A DNA stretch of 34,944 nucleotides from Acidobacteriota bacterium (GCA_021814085.1 JAKAJA010000001.1:1-34944), one strand, 5' to 3'. Counted from the first letter of the stretch, positions 1-8,727 are shown. Translations and numbers: made by a program. The notes: a model not told the origin generated them from the sequence alone.

Positions 1-6
1 AGGACC

Positions 7-38
7 TGCTGTATCCGCGCAAAAAAGATTTGAAAAAG
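7..38. repeat. Terminal inverted repeat, Mu right-end equivalent (TGCTGTATCCGCGCAAAAAAGATTTGAAAAAG)
   Basis: Aligns without gaps to the reverse complement of 34886-34917 (TGATGTGAGGGCGCATGAAAGATTGGAACATG). Shared pattern is TG-N-TGT-N4-GCGCA-N2-AAAGATT-N-GAA; about 20 of 29 positions are identical from the TGT. Confidence 0.7.
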
Positions 39-39
39 T

Positions 40-51
40 CCCATTTGAAAT
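40..51. repeat. Subterminal repeat CCCATTTGAAAT (candidate second transposase-binding site, right-end equivalent)
   Basis: 11/12 identical to the reverse complement of 34710-34721 (CCCATTTTAAAT). ATTTGAAA occurs twice at this end (28-35 and 43-50). Confidence 0.5.
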
Positions 52-95
52 TGGAAAACATAATCAGCGCCAAGAGGGCATTATCGCACACACGT

Positions 96-118
96 AAACC
101 GGCAAGTTGCCGGTTTTT
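96..118. terminator. Stem-loop terminator between the fibre gene and the element end; possibly bidirectional
   Basis: AAACCGGCAA-g-TTGCCGGTTT followed by TT on the + strand, with an A-tract on the other side. Lies 50 nt downstream of the minus-strand stop at 168-170. The U-run is better on the + strand than on the minus strand. Confidence 0.6.
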
Positions 119-167
119 AAGTGGGGTTGTGATGGCCTTAAAGGCTTCCTTCAAGGGCCCTTTAGAA

Positions 168-3100
168 CTACGGCAACGCTTTGGCGTTATGGACGAGATA
201 CCACGTTACGCCGTCATTGCTAACCCAGTAATTGCCCGTGCCAGTTGTGAGGTTGTAGGCGTCAATAACGCCTGCATCTCCATCATTTACGGGCTCTTTC
301 CAGAACACCACCTTGTCCCGAAGGGCAACGAGTAGATTAGGCAAGGTAATCCCATCAGCGCCTATCCATCGCTGGCGAGGCCATTCATGCTCATCCGAAA
401 CGGCCCACAAGTGCGCTGCGGTCGTGGCTACGCCGTTGAGCCTGATCATAGGCTCAGCAGGGTGCAGCAGCACTTCCCACGCGGCTGTGACGCACCAGTC
501 ATGCGCACTACAGTCGTAGCCCATGACCGCAAGAGCCGCATCGGGCTCGGCGATTCGCTTACCCATCATCGCCTCATACTCAGCGCGGAGCTGCGCCATG
601 GTCATGGCACTCCAGTCGGCCATCAACACGAGCGTTTCAGGGCCGAAACATCCACCAGCAGGAGGGAGCGTGGGATCGGACGAGGACGTGGGGTCTGCGG
701 GCGTTGGGACCGTCTGCGCGTCCGTATCATTCGCCGTGGCAGCCTTGAAGATCCCCCATTTGTTCGCGTTCGGGGTGCTATTCAGGATGTTCGCCTGGTA
801 GTAGACGAAGATTTGGAACCAGTTCGGCGCGGTGCCGCTGGCGTTGAAAACGGGCACCATGAGCCCCGATCGAACCTCCGTGCCTGACGGCAGGGCGAAC
901 TGGACGCTTGAACTCCGTCCGATCACGGGTCTGTCCCATACGCGCCAACTGTCGATGTAGTATTTACTGGCGGTCTTCTTGATGAGGTTGCCCATGGCCT
1001 CAGCCAGCGTGCCGTCTTTGATTTCACTGTTCAGCACGTCCAGCCTCCCATCCACCTGATATTCAGCGAGAGGACTGGGGAGGAGCTGAGCGCTACCATA
1101 ATAGCCGTATGAACTCACCTGGTCGTAGCTATCTACCAGATAGAACAGCACATTGGGGATCGTACCGCCGGTGAGAGCGTACTTGAAATGGACCTTCACG
1201 CGCGTCGTCGTGATGCCCGCCTTGACCAAGCCCAACAGGTCTACTGGCTCGCATTCTTTGTAGGCCGAATCCTGATACTTCTGCACGCGCAGCGTCTTGA
1301 GGTAGGCGTTTGACGTCCACGAGATATCGAACTCGGCATGGTGCGGCCCGACCGACCCGGACACCAGGGCCACAGTCGGCGCGCTGGGGACGGCAGGCTT
1401 GCCACCACTTACTGTCCCAGATCCCGCCACGATGTTGGGGAGATATCCGGCATCCGTGTAGGCCGTCCCTCGAAAGGCACGCGCCTTGATAGTATTGATC
1501 GTGTTCCCAGCCTTGAGTTTGCGCTCGATCCAGAGCACCAGAGAGGTGTCCGTCGTCGCGCAGGTGCCCTCCACGGTGAACTTCCGCAGGGATGTGGTGT
1601 CCTGAAAAACCGCCTTCACCCTGTCGGCACCCGAGAAGTTGAAGGTCACCCCAAGGGACGCCTCCTTGCGCGTCGTGCCTGGGATGTCATCCAGGGGGCT
1701 CTCCAGGCTGATGGAACATGAGGCAGGCGGAGTATCGTCTGAGTCTGGGACCGTCCCGGCATCATAGACAGAAGACCACGCCGAAAAGACCGTGTGATCA
1801 TACCGGGAGCGAATGCGGCCGATGAGGGCCTTGCGCGCTATGCCGGGGCGGTTAATGGTGCAGGTCACGGTCCCGCGGCCAGCGGCCACGTCGTCCATGA
1901 CCTCCTTGTGGTCGATCTTGTTCCATGCAGACGGCGCGGAGTCCGGGTTGCTGGCGGTGCCGGTGACGGCCGCGAAGAGCTGGAGGACGCCCGCACCAGC
2001 GTCGTTCGGGATCGTCACATTGATGATCGTGGCCACCTTCGTATGGGTCACGCTGGAGATTGTAGGCGCCGTGGGCGCCGGGATAGCGCTCCCGCCCGCC
2101 GTTACAGACCCGGCATCATAGAGGGCCGTAAGGACACGTGGCCCGTTCTGGGCCTGCACCTTGACTCCGAGGGTTATGCCTCGTTTGAACCGCCGGTGGA
2201 AATGGCAGGTATATGGAGAGGCCTTCCCACTGACGTTAAAGGGCTTGTTGATGATTTTGCCATCGGGCTTGGTCACCTCAACATGCATGACGGAGGCCAT
2301 GCCCGTCCACGTCACCACAACATCCAGGTCGCATTCCTTGCCAGGGGTCCCGGGGATGTCATCAACCGCAGAGGCCAGCGCGACGCCTGTAATGACCGGT
2401 AGCGCATCATCTGAAGGTATGTCGTCTTCCGTGGAGGAGCTGTTCTCGTCAGAGGGCGTGCCCTCCTTGAGCGCTTCAGTCCGGGCTAGCACGTCCGCCC
2501 ACCAGAGTTTCCCCGCGGGCAAATAGAAGCCGCCGTAATAATAGCCGTCAGACTGGAGGTCCGGCTTGAAGCCCTTGGTCAGCCTGGGTTTGTCTCGGTC
2601 TTTGCCATCGGGCCAAACGGTCACTTCGAACCGCCAGATCAGATCTTTAATTTCATCATAGGGGTAGCGCCAGCGGCACTCCCAAAAGCGCCATAGGCGA
2701 TCCAGGTAAAGCGTCGCGCCGTTAGGGTAGGTCCCAACCTTCTCTCTACGTGGTTGGAGACGTGGGTAGATAGCCTCCGGGAAGACCGTGTCGAACATGG
2801 CGCTATAGGCCTTTGTGAACACGAAATCCACCGGCTCTGGCGGCTCTTCATCGTCCTCCAGCCAGGCATCCGTCCCCGCCGTGCCGGGGTCGGGCAGGGT
2901 GCCGTTCTCCTCGAGCAGGGCAAGCTCCACCACTCCGCCGTCGTCCAGACCCGTAGAAACGGACGTGACCAAGTAGACGACCCCGCCCAAGGAGACCGGC
3001 TGGCGCAGCTGGTAGGTGCTGCCATCGTCCGCCACCGTGCAAGTGTCAACTCCCTGGCGGTGTTGGGCCACCCAATTGTAAGTGCGATCCGCGATCTCCT

Positions 3101-4163
3101 GAAGTTTGGCCCGGTCGCGCGTGAATGGGAGATCGATCTCCAGCTTCTTCCCACCGTGGGGCATCCAGCCCCGCCGTGCCCAGCGGCCATCCATGCCCTT
3201 GATGACCACCTTGTCATAGCGGTCCGCCGCCACGGGCTTGACGGGCCCGCTGACGACCAGGTCATCGATGTTCTTGGGCAGTGAGCCATCGGCCGTTTCT
3301 GCCCGCTCGGCGAAATAGAGCACGCCCAGCTTCGTCCAGACCTGGGCATTGACCCACTTGCCCAGCTTCTCGCAGGCCTGGCCCGTCGTCAGCATGTCGA
3401 AGTTGGCCACATCCACGATGTCCGAATAGGTCACGGCATCGTAGAGGATGATTCGGTGGCCTGAATCGAACTGCCCCTCGGCGTCCAGCAATTTAGCCAG
3501 CAGCCAGGCCACCGTCTTCCCACGGAACCATGAGTCGAGGACGGTAATAGCATCCGTGGCCAAATAGTTGCACTTCAGCTTCTGCTTGAACGTGATGACG
3601 CTTCCCGCCACGGAGGCGACGGTCAGCTCCTGTTGAACGAGCTTGTTCCCGCCCGAAGACTGGGGCTTATAGTGTCCCAGTCGTATGATGTCACCGGCCA
3701 CGAGGGGCTCCCCGTTCGCGTCCAGGGCGCTGTTCACGGTGAGCTGCTTGGTCTGCTTCCCCCCAGTCACGATGGCGATCGCGCTATAGTCCCTTTTGAT
3801 CAGGCTCGCGTCGCCCTTATCGAGGCGCGCGAGCGGATCCAGAACCTGAACCGGCACGCGGTCTGTTTCGCTGTCAAGTTCCACCGAATCATAGGCAAGA
3901 TCCCCCTCCCACACTGGAACGCCGTCACGAAGCACCCTGAACCCATAGGCGGCGGGGGCGATGTCCAGCGTGCTAAGGTTCGATCTCGTGAAGATGCTAT
4001 TCCACGCAAGATCCGTGTTGTCCAGATCGATGCTTACATCGTCGGCTACGGCGAGACGGTCTGAGCCTTCAAGCCGCATGGAAAGTTGCGCGGACACGTC
4101 ATCCGGGAAGGGGATATCGGTATACACGCCAGCCTTGTCGCGCAGCTGGAGCCCATAGCTCAT
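168..4163 (-). CDS. Tail tip/host-specificity fibre protein, 1331 aa: N-terminal tail-tip region, two ~224-aa Ig-like super-repeats, putative receptor-binding domain, C-terminal Hint domain
   Basis: Last and largest gene of the tail module, ATGA-coupled to the preceding gene. Internal repeats each start with DDIPGT and contain a P/A/S linker (IPAPTAPT / VPSAPTV). The C-terminal 160 aa carry intein/Hedgehog blocks. Confidence 0.85.
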   Translation of the reverse strand: MSYGLQLRDKAGVYTDIPFPDDVSAQLSMRLEGSDRLAVADDVSIDLDNTDLAWNSIFTRSNLSTLDIAPAAYGFRVLRDGVPVWEGDLAYDSVELDSETDRVPVQVLDPLARLDKGDASLIKRDYSAIAIVTGGKQTKQLTVNSALDANGEPLVAGDIIRLGHYKPQSSGGNKLVQQELTVASVAGSVITFKQKLKCNYLATDAITVLDSWFRGKTVAWLLAKLLDAEGQFDSGHRIILYDAVTYSDIVDVANFDMLTTGQACEKLGKWVNAQVWTKLGVLYFAERAETADGSLPKNIDDLVVSGPVKPVAADRYDKVVIKGMDGRWARRGWMPHGGKKLEIDLPFTRDRAKLQEIADRTYNWVAQHRQGVDTCTVADDGSTYQLRQPVSLGGVVYLVTSVSTGLDDGGVVELALLEENGTLPDPGTAGTDAWLEDDEEPPEPVDFVFTKAYSAMFDTVFPEAIYPRLQPRREKVGTYPNGATLYLDRLWRFWECRWRYPYDEIKDLIWRFEVTVWPDGKDRDKPRLTKGFKPDLQSDGYYYGGFYLPAGKLWWADVLARTEALKEGTPSDENSSSTEDDIPSDDALPVITGVALASAVDDIPGTPGKECDLDVVVTWTGMASVMHVEVTKPDGKIINKPFNVSGKASPYTCHFHRRFKRGITLGVKVQAQNGPRVLTALYDAGSVTAGGSAIPAPTAPTISSVTHTKVATIINVTIPNDAGAGVLQLFAAVTGTASNPDSAPSAWNKIDHKEVMDDVAAGRGTVTCTINRPGIARKALIGRIRSRYDHTVFSAWSSVYDAGTVPDSDDTPPASCSISLESPLDDIPGTTRKEASLGVTFNFSGADRVKAVFQDTTSLRKFTVEGTCATTDTSLVLWIERKLKAGNTINTIKARAFRGTAYTDAGYLPNIVAGSGTVSGGKPAVPSAPTVALVSGSVGPHHAEFDISWTSNAYLKTLRVQKYQDSAYKECEPVDLLGLVKAGITTTRVKVHFKYALTGGTIPNVLFYLVDSYDQVSSYGYYGSAQLLPSPLAEYQVDGRLDVLNSEIKDGTLAEAMGNLIKKTASKYYIDSWRVWDRPVIGRSSSVQFALPSGTEVRSGLMVPVFNASGTAPNWFQIFVYYQANILNSTPNANKWGIFKAATANDTDAQTVPTPADPTSSSDPTLPPAGGCFGPETLVLMADWSAMTMAQLRAEYEAMMGKRIAEPDAALAVMGYDCSAHDWCVTAAWEVLLHPAEPMIRLNGVATTAAHLWAVSDEHEWPRQRWIGADGITLPNLLVALRDKVVFWKEPVNDGDAGVIDAYNLTTGTGNYWVSNDGVTWYLVHNAKALP
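171..650 (-). other. Hint (Hedgehog/intein-like, BIL-type) autoprocessing domain, the C-terminal 160 codons of the fibre gene
   Basis: GG|CFGPETLVLMADW (block A, Cys codon at 648-650), TTAAH (block B, TxxH), AYNLTTGTGNYWVSNDG (block F), WYLVHN (block G, HN at 186-191). Followed by AKALP and the stop. Confidence 0.75.
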
Positions 4164-4561
4164 GAAGTCGCCCCGAGGTGGACTGGGCTGGCCACGGCGG
4201 ACAGCCTGGTGGTGAACTCGAACTCCAGCGCTATTTCCACGGCCACGTTCACGCCGCCAAGGGATTTGGGGTCCGGATCATTGGACAGGGCGGCCCCGCG
4301 ATAGGTAACGCCCCCATCGAGAGAGAGGGTGAAGTTCGCCCCGTTCTCGGCGGCCAAAAGATTATCGAGAGAGGCCAGCTCCGAGGGCTCCAGCGTCCAT
4401 ATGATCTTACAACCGGCCCAGATGCCATGACGGTTCCGCCGGCGGGCCCCGCCCTTCGTCTTGACGACGTTCTCTTGGATGCGGTAAACGGGCACTACGG
4501 AGACGGGAGCCGGCATGGTCCCGCTATTGACCCCGGTCCATCGCACGTCATGACGAAACAT
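4160..4561 (-). CDS. Small minor tail protein (gpM/distal-tail-like by position), 133 aa from MFRHD
   Basis: ORF lies between the tape measure and the fibre gene. The ATG at 4561 overlaps the tape-measure stop region, and its stop overlaps the fibre ATG (ATGA at 4160-4163). Confidence 0.65.
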   Translation of the reverse strand: MFRHDVRWTGVNSGTMPAPVSVVPVYRIQENVVKTKGGARRRNRHGIWAGCKIIWTLEPSELASLDNLLAAENGANFTLSLDGGVTYRGAALSNDPDPKSLGGVNVAVEIALEFEFTTRLSAVASPVHLGATS

Positions 4562-7004
4562 CGCCGCCTCCGAAGGTAAGCCGCCTGTCCTCACGCGCCG
4601 CGCGGTCCAGCAGGCGCGCGGTCTGCCGGACGAAGCCCCGGCGGCCCGTGTCCATCATGGCGAAGCCGTGCAGGTGCATCTCGGAGCGGACATGGGCCCC
4701 CGCGCCAGCCAGCACGGCCGAAGGGCTGCTTGACTGCCCGGCCATGGCGGCCACGTCGCGCACCGTCTGCACGGTATCAACGAGCAGAGACTGAACGACG
4801 CTCTTAAAGTCGGACACCGGGGCGATGATTTCAGGGCCCGCCTCGCCCACCAGGCCGAACGTAGGCCGGTCCACCAGGCCGCCCGTGGCGAATGCCACGG
4901 AGGCACCCTTTGCCGCACCAGACAAGGCCGCCCACATGCTTTCGGCCATGATGGAAAAGCCCGTTGCAATCGCCACCCCTGCGAAGGGGATATAGCTGTG
5001 CGCGGCGAAGATTTCGGCGATTGCCGCACTCATGGCCGACGACGCTACCGCCTGGTTCGCCGCAATGGCAGGGGCAGCAGCAGCCGTTTGCGCGGCGGCA
5101 CCGGTAGCCGACGCCGTCGTCTTGGCGGTTTCACCGGTGACCCACGCCACGATGATCCCGGCCAAATAGGCAAGGAACTTGTTGACGAAAATCATAACGA
5201 AATCCACGATCATCGAGCGCAGGACCTGCGACCAGGACACGCGCATGCCCATGAGCATGGACCGAATGCCGTTGCTGACGGCGGTCATGGCCATCGTGAC
5301 GCGCTGGGCCAAGGCCGTGAGTGGTGCATTCATCTTCGTTTCGATTTCCTCGATGAATGCGCGGAAGGGCTCTGTCAGTTTCGTGAGGCGCTTCTGATAG
5401 GCGGCCTGTTGGCGCTGGAGCGCCTCATCTGACTTCCGCTGGGCCTCGTCCACGGCCTTCTGGTCGGCCATCTTCTCTTTGTCTAGGAACTCCTGCCGAA
5501 TCTCGGCGAGCCTGTTCTGCTTGTTCCTCTCGATCAGCCCCAGCATGTTCGCCAGTTCCGTGGCATCGGCGATCTGCTGCCGCGCCAGGCTCGCATCTTC
5601 GAAGGCCTGGATGCGCACCTTCGCTTCGGCCTGGTCCTGCGGCGCCAGGCTCTCCATCCGTATTCGCGCGGCCGCGTCAACCCAGGCCTGCTTGCCCTTC
5701 TCTACCTTGTCCAAGACACTCTTCCAAAAATCCTCCGCGGCCTTTTTGGCCTCTGCCATGGACTTCTTCCACGCGGCCTCGGCCTTGTTGGCCGCATCCA
5801 CCTCGGCCTGGCCCTTGAGTTTGGCCAACAGGACGTTCGCGGCGGCCACCTCCTCATCGATGGCCTTCTGGCGGGCGTTTGTCTGGGGCGCATCGTCGCC
5901 CTTAAATCTGGCCAGGATGGCCTGCGCCTTGGAGACGGCATTCAGGCGGTCTGCCATGTCCCGAAGGCGCATGAGGGCCAACTCGAAACCGCCGGTCGTC
6001 AGCACGTCAACGAACCCGCGGCCCAATGCAATGCCGGCCTTCGATGAATTTTCCCCGGCTTCCTGCATTACAGGCACCAGCGCATCAAGCGCCCCCCTCA
6101 TTGACTCGATCGCGGGCAGAAAAGCACCACCTACGCCCTTCTTGAAATCTCCGAGTGCGATGGTGAATTCGTTAATTTTTGCCTTGGCATCGGTGGTGCT
6201 CGCCGTGACGCCATCTTGCTTTTGCGTGAGCTGGGCGAGCGCCGAGGCGCACTGTTCCGTCACGGATCTGGTTCGGTCGATCTGAATACCGTATTCCGCC
6301 AGTGTCTTGGGCAGCAGCGCGCGCTGCGACCCGGCGATTAGCCCGATCATGAGGTCGAGCGTCTCGTTAAAGTCCTTGTTGTATTTGATGTTCCAGCCCA
6401 CCGCCACACGAACCGCATCTATGGCCTGCGTCAGATCGCCGGTCACGGGGAGCATGCGCATGATGGCGGCGCGGGTAAGGTCATCCTCGAACCCGGCCGC
6501 CTTCATGGCCGTGGTGAACTCTTCCACCTGGGCCTGGGCCAGCCCGGTCTTGAGGCCCATATCCTGAAACTGGGCCGCGAGGCCGTTGATCTCGCGCTGT
6601 TCCTGCGCCGCATCAATGATGCCGGTCTTAACGTACTCAATCGCCCGCCTAGCCGTCTCCGCGGTCAGGTAGAGGGCAACGAAGTTCTTGACCAAATCGG
6701 CGAGCGCCGCTTGCCCTTGCTTTCCGGCGCTTTCGACCTGCTTGCCCATGTCCCTGGAGGCCGATCCGGCCTTCTTCATGTCATTTTCGATCTCGCTGCG
6801 CCACCAATTACCCTTGGTAATCGCGGCATTGAGCGCGGACTCATAGGCCTTGGTTTCCGCCGACAGCTCTACCTTCGAGCCGGGCTCGCCCTTGAAGGCA
6901 TTGAGGCGCGCTTTAGCGGCCTCTAACCCCGCCTTTAATTGGTCCATGAGGGGCTGAAGGTTCGCGACCAGCTCTACCTGCATGGTTTCAATGGTGTCAG
7001 GCAT
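4548..7004 (-). CDS. Tail tape measure protein, 818 aa
   Basis: Long Ala/Gln/Lys-rich coiled-coil ORF with central hydrophobic segments, positioned after the two chaperone ORFs. GGAGGG RBS 4 nt upstream of the ATG. Confidence 0.9.
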   Translation of the reverse strand: MPDTIETMQVELVANLQPLMDQLKAGLEAAKARLNAFKGEPGSKVELSAETKAYESALNAAITKGNWWRSEIENDMKKAGSASRDMGKQVESAGKQGQAALADLVKNFVALYLTAETARRAIEYVKTGIIDAAQEQREINGLAAQFQDMGLKTGLAQAQVEEFTTAMKAAGFEDDLTRAAIMRMLPVTGDLTQAIDAVRVAVGWNIKYNKDFNETLDLMIGLIAGSQRALLPKTLAEYGIQIDRTRSVTEQCASALAQLTQKQDGVTASTTDAKAKINEFTIALGDFKKGVGGAFLPAIESMRGALDALVPVMQEAGENSSKAGIALGRGFVDVLTTGGFELALMRLRDMADRLNAVSKAQAILARFKGDDAPQTNARQKAIDEEVAAANVLLAKLKGQAEVDAANKAEAAWKKSMAEAKKAAEDFWKSVLDKVEKGKQAWVDAAARIRMESLAPQDQAEAKVRIQAFEDASLARQQIADATELANMLGLIERNKQNRLAEIRQEFLDKEKMADQKAVDEAQRKSDEALQRQQAAYQKRLTKLTEPFRAFIEEIETKMNAPLTALAQRVTMAMTAVSNGIRSMLMGMRVSWSQVLRSMIVDFVMIFVNKFLAYLAGIIVAWVTGETAKTTASATGAAAQTAAAAPAIAANQAVASSAMSAAIAEIFAAHSYIPFAGVAIATGFSIMAESMWAALSGAAKGASVAFATGGLVDRPTFGLVGEAGPEIIAPVSDFKSVVQSLLVDTVQTVRDVAAMAGQSSSPSAVLAGAGAHVRSEMHLHGFAMMDTGRRGFVRQTARLLDRAAREDRRLTFGGGDVSS

Positions 7005-7323
7005 TCAGCCCTCCGGCGAGGCGGCGGAACGTCTCGGGAACCTCCTGGCCGAGGCACTCGGCGAGTATCATCCAGTCCTGGGCTACCGTGTGGTCATTGG
7101 GTGCCGTCGCATCCTGTGGCATATCCAGCAGGCTCCTGTCGGCTGCATAATCCCCACCGGCGCTTCGGTTGACCACCTCATACAGCTTCTGCCGATTGAA
7201 CTCCTCCAACCGGGCCTCTCTGCCCAGCTCCCGCGCATAGAGCGCCGCCTCGAAGAGCGTCGCCCCGTGATAGACCTGGCGGTGGCGGGTGATATCCCCG
7301 CGGGAGAGCTGAGCGCAGAGCAC
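6997..7323 (-). CDS. Tail assembly chaperone, downstream (-1 frame) part, gpT-like
   Basis: ORF lies in the -1 frame relative to 7326..7700 and stays open for at least 25 codons upstream of that gene's stop. Position between tube and tape measure is canonical for G/GT. The only available own start is a GTG. Confidence 0.6.
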   Translation of the reverse strand: MLCAQLSRGDITRHRQVYHGATLFEAALYARELGREARLEEFNRQKLYEVVNRSAGGDYAADRSLLDMPQDATAPNDHTVAQDWMILAECLGQEVPETFRRLAGGLNA

Positions 7324-7325
7324 GG

Positions 7326-7700
7326 CTAGGCCTTCGGGCCCGCCGGGGCCGTCTTCGGAAGCTCGTCTTCCGCGAAGGCCCGCAATGCGCTGGCGGCTTG
7401 CCCGTTGCAGTCGAAAAAATCCCGCACCACCTGCCCCTGCTGGGTCAACGTGATGTGGTCCTTCAGGTGGGTCTCCACGGCGTCCAGGTCGCGCGTGGCC
7501 ACCGTCTGGCCCTCGGGAACGAGGATCACGGCCAGGGCCTTGCGCAGGGCGCCCTCGCGCAGCAACTTATCCACCAACACCTTCACGGAGGCGTCCCCCT
7601 CGGTCAAGAGCGGCCCTACCAGTTCCGAAAGGGCCTCCTCTTGGCTTAGCACCAGCTCATCCTGCGTGTACGTCATCTCTCCGATCTTGTAGGTCTTCAT
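7326..7700 (-). CDS. Tail assembly chaperone, gpG-like, 124 aa from MKTYKIGE
   Basis: Acidic small protein between the tube and tape-measure genes. GGAGGA RBS 4 nt before the ATG at 7700. Confidence 0.7.
   Translation of the reverse strand: MKTYKIGEMTYTQDELVLSQEEALSELVGPLLTEGDASVKVLVDKLLREGALRKALAVILVPEGQTVATRDLDAVETHLKDHITLTQQGQVVRDFFDCNGQAASALRAFAEDELPKTAPAGPKA
7335..7341 (-). promoter_or_regulatory. Candidate -1 programmed frameshift heptamer G_GGC_CCG
   Basis: Fits the X_XXY_YYZ pattern in the zero frame, 3 codons before the gpG-like stop. The -1 frame is open and continues into 6997..7323. Confidence 0.4.
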
Positions 7701-7740
7701 GCGTCCTCCGGGCTCTTCAGGGAGCACCCCATGCTCCGAA

Positions 7741-7767
7741 AGGGGCGGGCGGCGCTCGCCCGCCCCT
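7741..7767 (-). terminator. GC-rich hairpin downstream of the major tail gene (leaky terminator/attenuator)
   Basis: AGGGGCGGGC-ggcgctc-GCCCGCCCCT, a 10-bp perfect stem. It is followed on the minus strand by only UUU. Confidence 0.45.
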
Positions 7768-7787
7768 GTTTCGCCCTTGGCGAGGCC

Positions 7788-8342
7788 TTAGGCCAGATAC
7801 TTGAACTCGATGAGCCCCAGCTTCCCGCTGGTGACGCCCACGGCGTCGTCCACCATGGCTTCGAGTTTGACGGGAACGCCCGTGGGATCGCCCGGCTTCC
7901 ACTCCAGCTTGGTGCCACCCGAGAAGCGCGCCTTGAACAGCGTGATCCGGGCCCACAGGCCGGGCAGATCGAACATGTGCTGGAACTGGGCCGAGAAGTA
8001 GTTCGCCACGGTGTTGCCGCCCACGTAGAACGACTTGATGTGGTTGATCGCATCGTCCGTGATGTCCGAGTCCGCCAGGCCGAGGGCGCGCGCCACGTTC
8101 TGCGCGATGAGATCCTCGATCTCGCCTTCCAGGGTCAGCTCCTCGCCCGTGATGAAGATCTTCACGAGGCCGAGCTGGTTGCCCACCTTGTGCTTCTTCT
8201 CGTCCTGCTTGTAGGTGGCGACGACGCCCTTCTCCGAATGGAACCCAGGGGAAGAGAATCCAGAGGCGTAGGAACCGGCGACATAGGTCTTCAGGTACAA
8301 GTCACCGATACCCAGTTGGAGATTCGCAGCAGATCCGCTCAT
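7788..8342 (-). CDS. Major tail (tube) protein, 184 aa
   Basis: Size, composition and position immediately upstream of the chaperone pair. GAGGAGG RBS. Confidence 0.8.
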   Translation of the reverse strand: MSGSAANLQLGIGDLYLKTYVAGSYASGFSSPGFHSEKGVVATYKQDEKKHKVGNQLGLVKIFITGEELTLEGEIEDLIAQNVARALGLADSDITDDAINHIKSFYVGGNTVANYFSAQFQHMFDLPGLWARITLFKARFSGGTKLEWKPGDPTGVPVKLEAMVDDAVGVTSGKLGLIEFKYLA

Positions 8343-8352
8343 CGTGTCCTCC

Positions 8353-8718
8353 TCAGACCGAATAGGCCTTGATGGTGCCGGTGCCGGTGCCGGTAACGTC
8401 CAGGTAGATGTCGGCCAGTTCAGCGCCCTGGCCGTACAGATTCCTGGCGAAGGGGCCCAGGAAGGCCGTCAGGCCAGCGGCGACGGTTACGGCGCCATTG
8501 CCGGCGGGCTCGACCACGGCTCCGCAGGTGGGGCAGGCGGCCCGCACGGCCGTCACGGTGACGGCGGCGGACACATGGGTGTTGATGATCTCGAAATAGT
8601 AGAGATCGACCCCGCCGGCCATGATGTGGCCGCTGCCCGCACTGAGCGCAACGGGGGCCACTTGGGCAACCCCGGCGCGGCCCGGCCTGGTTTGAATGGG
8701 AATGGCTACTCGCGGCAT
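8353..8718 (-). CDS. Hypothetical protein, 121 aa, Ala/Val/Gly/Thr-rich
   Basis: AGGAGG RBS and tight spacing in the operon, directly upstream of the tube gene. No motif recognised. Confidence 0.6.
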   Translation of the reverse strand: MPRVAIPIQTRPGRAGVAQVAPVALSAGSGHIMAGGVDLYYFEIINTHVSAAVTVTAVRAACPTCGAVVEPAGNGAVTVAAGLTAFLGPFARNLYGQGAELADIYLDVTGTGTGTIKAYSV

Positions 8719-8727
8719 GATGTCCTC

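Noticed and set aside
30-335. 101-aa + strand ORF at the left edge.
   Set aside because: It starts inside the terminal repeats, runs across the terminator hairpin and lies antisense to the fibre Hint domain. It has no RBS.
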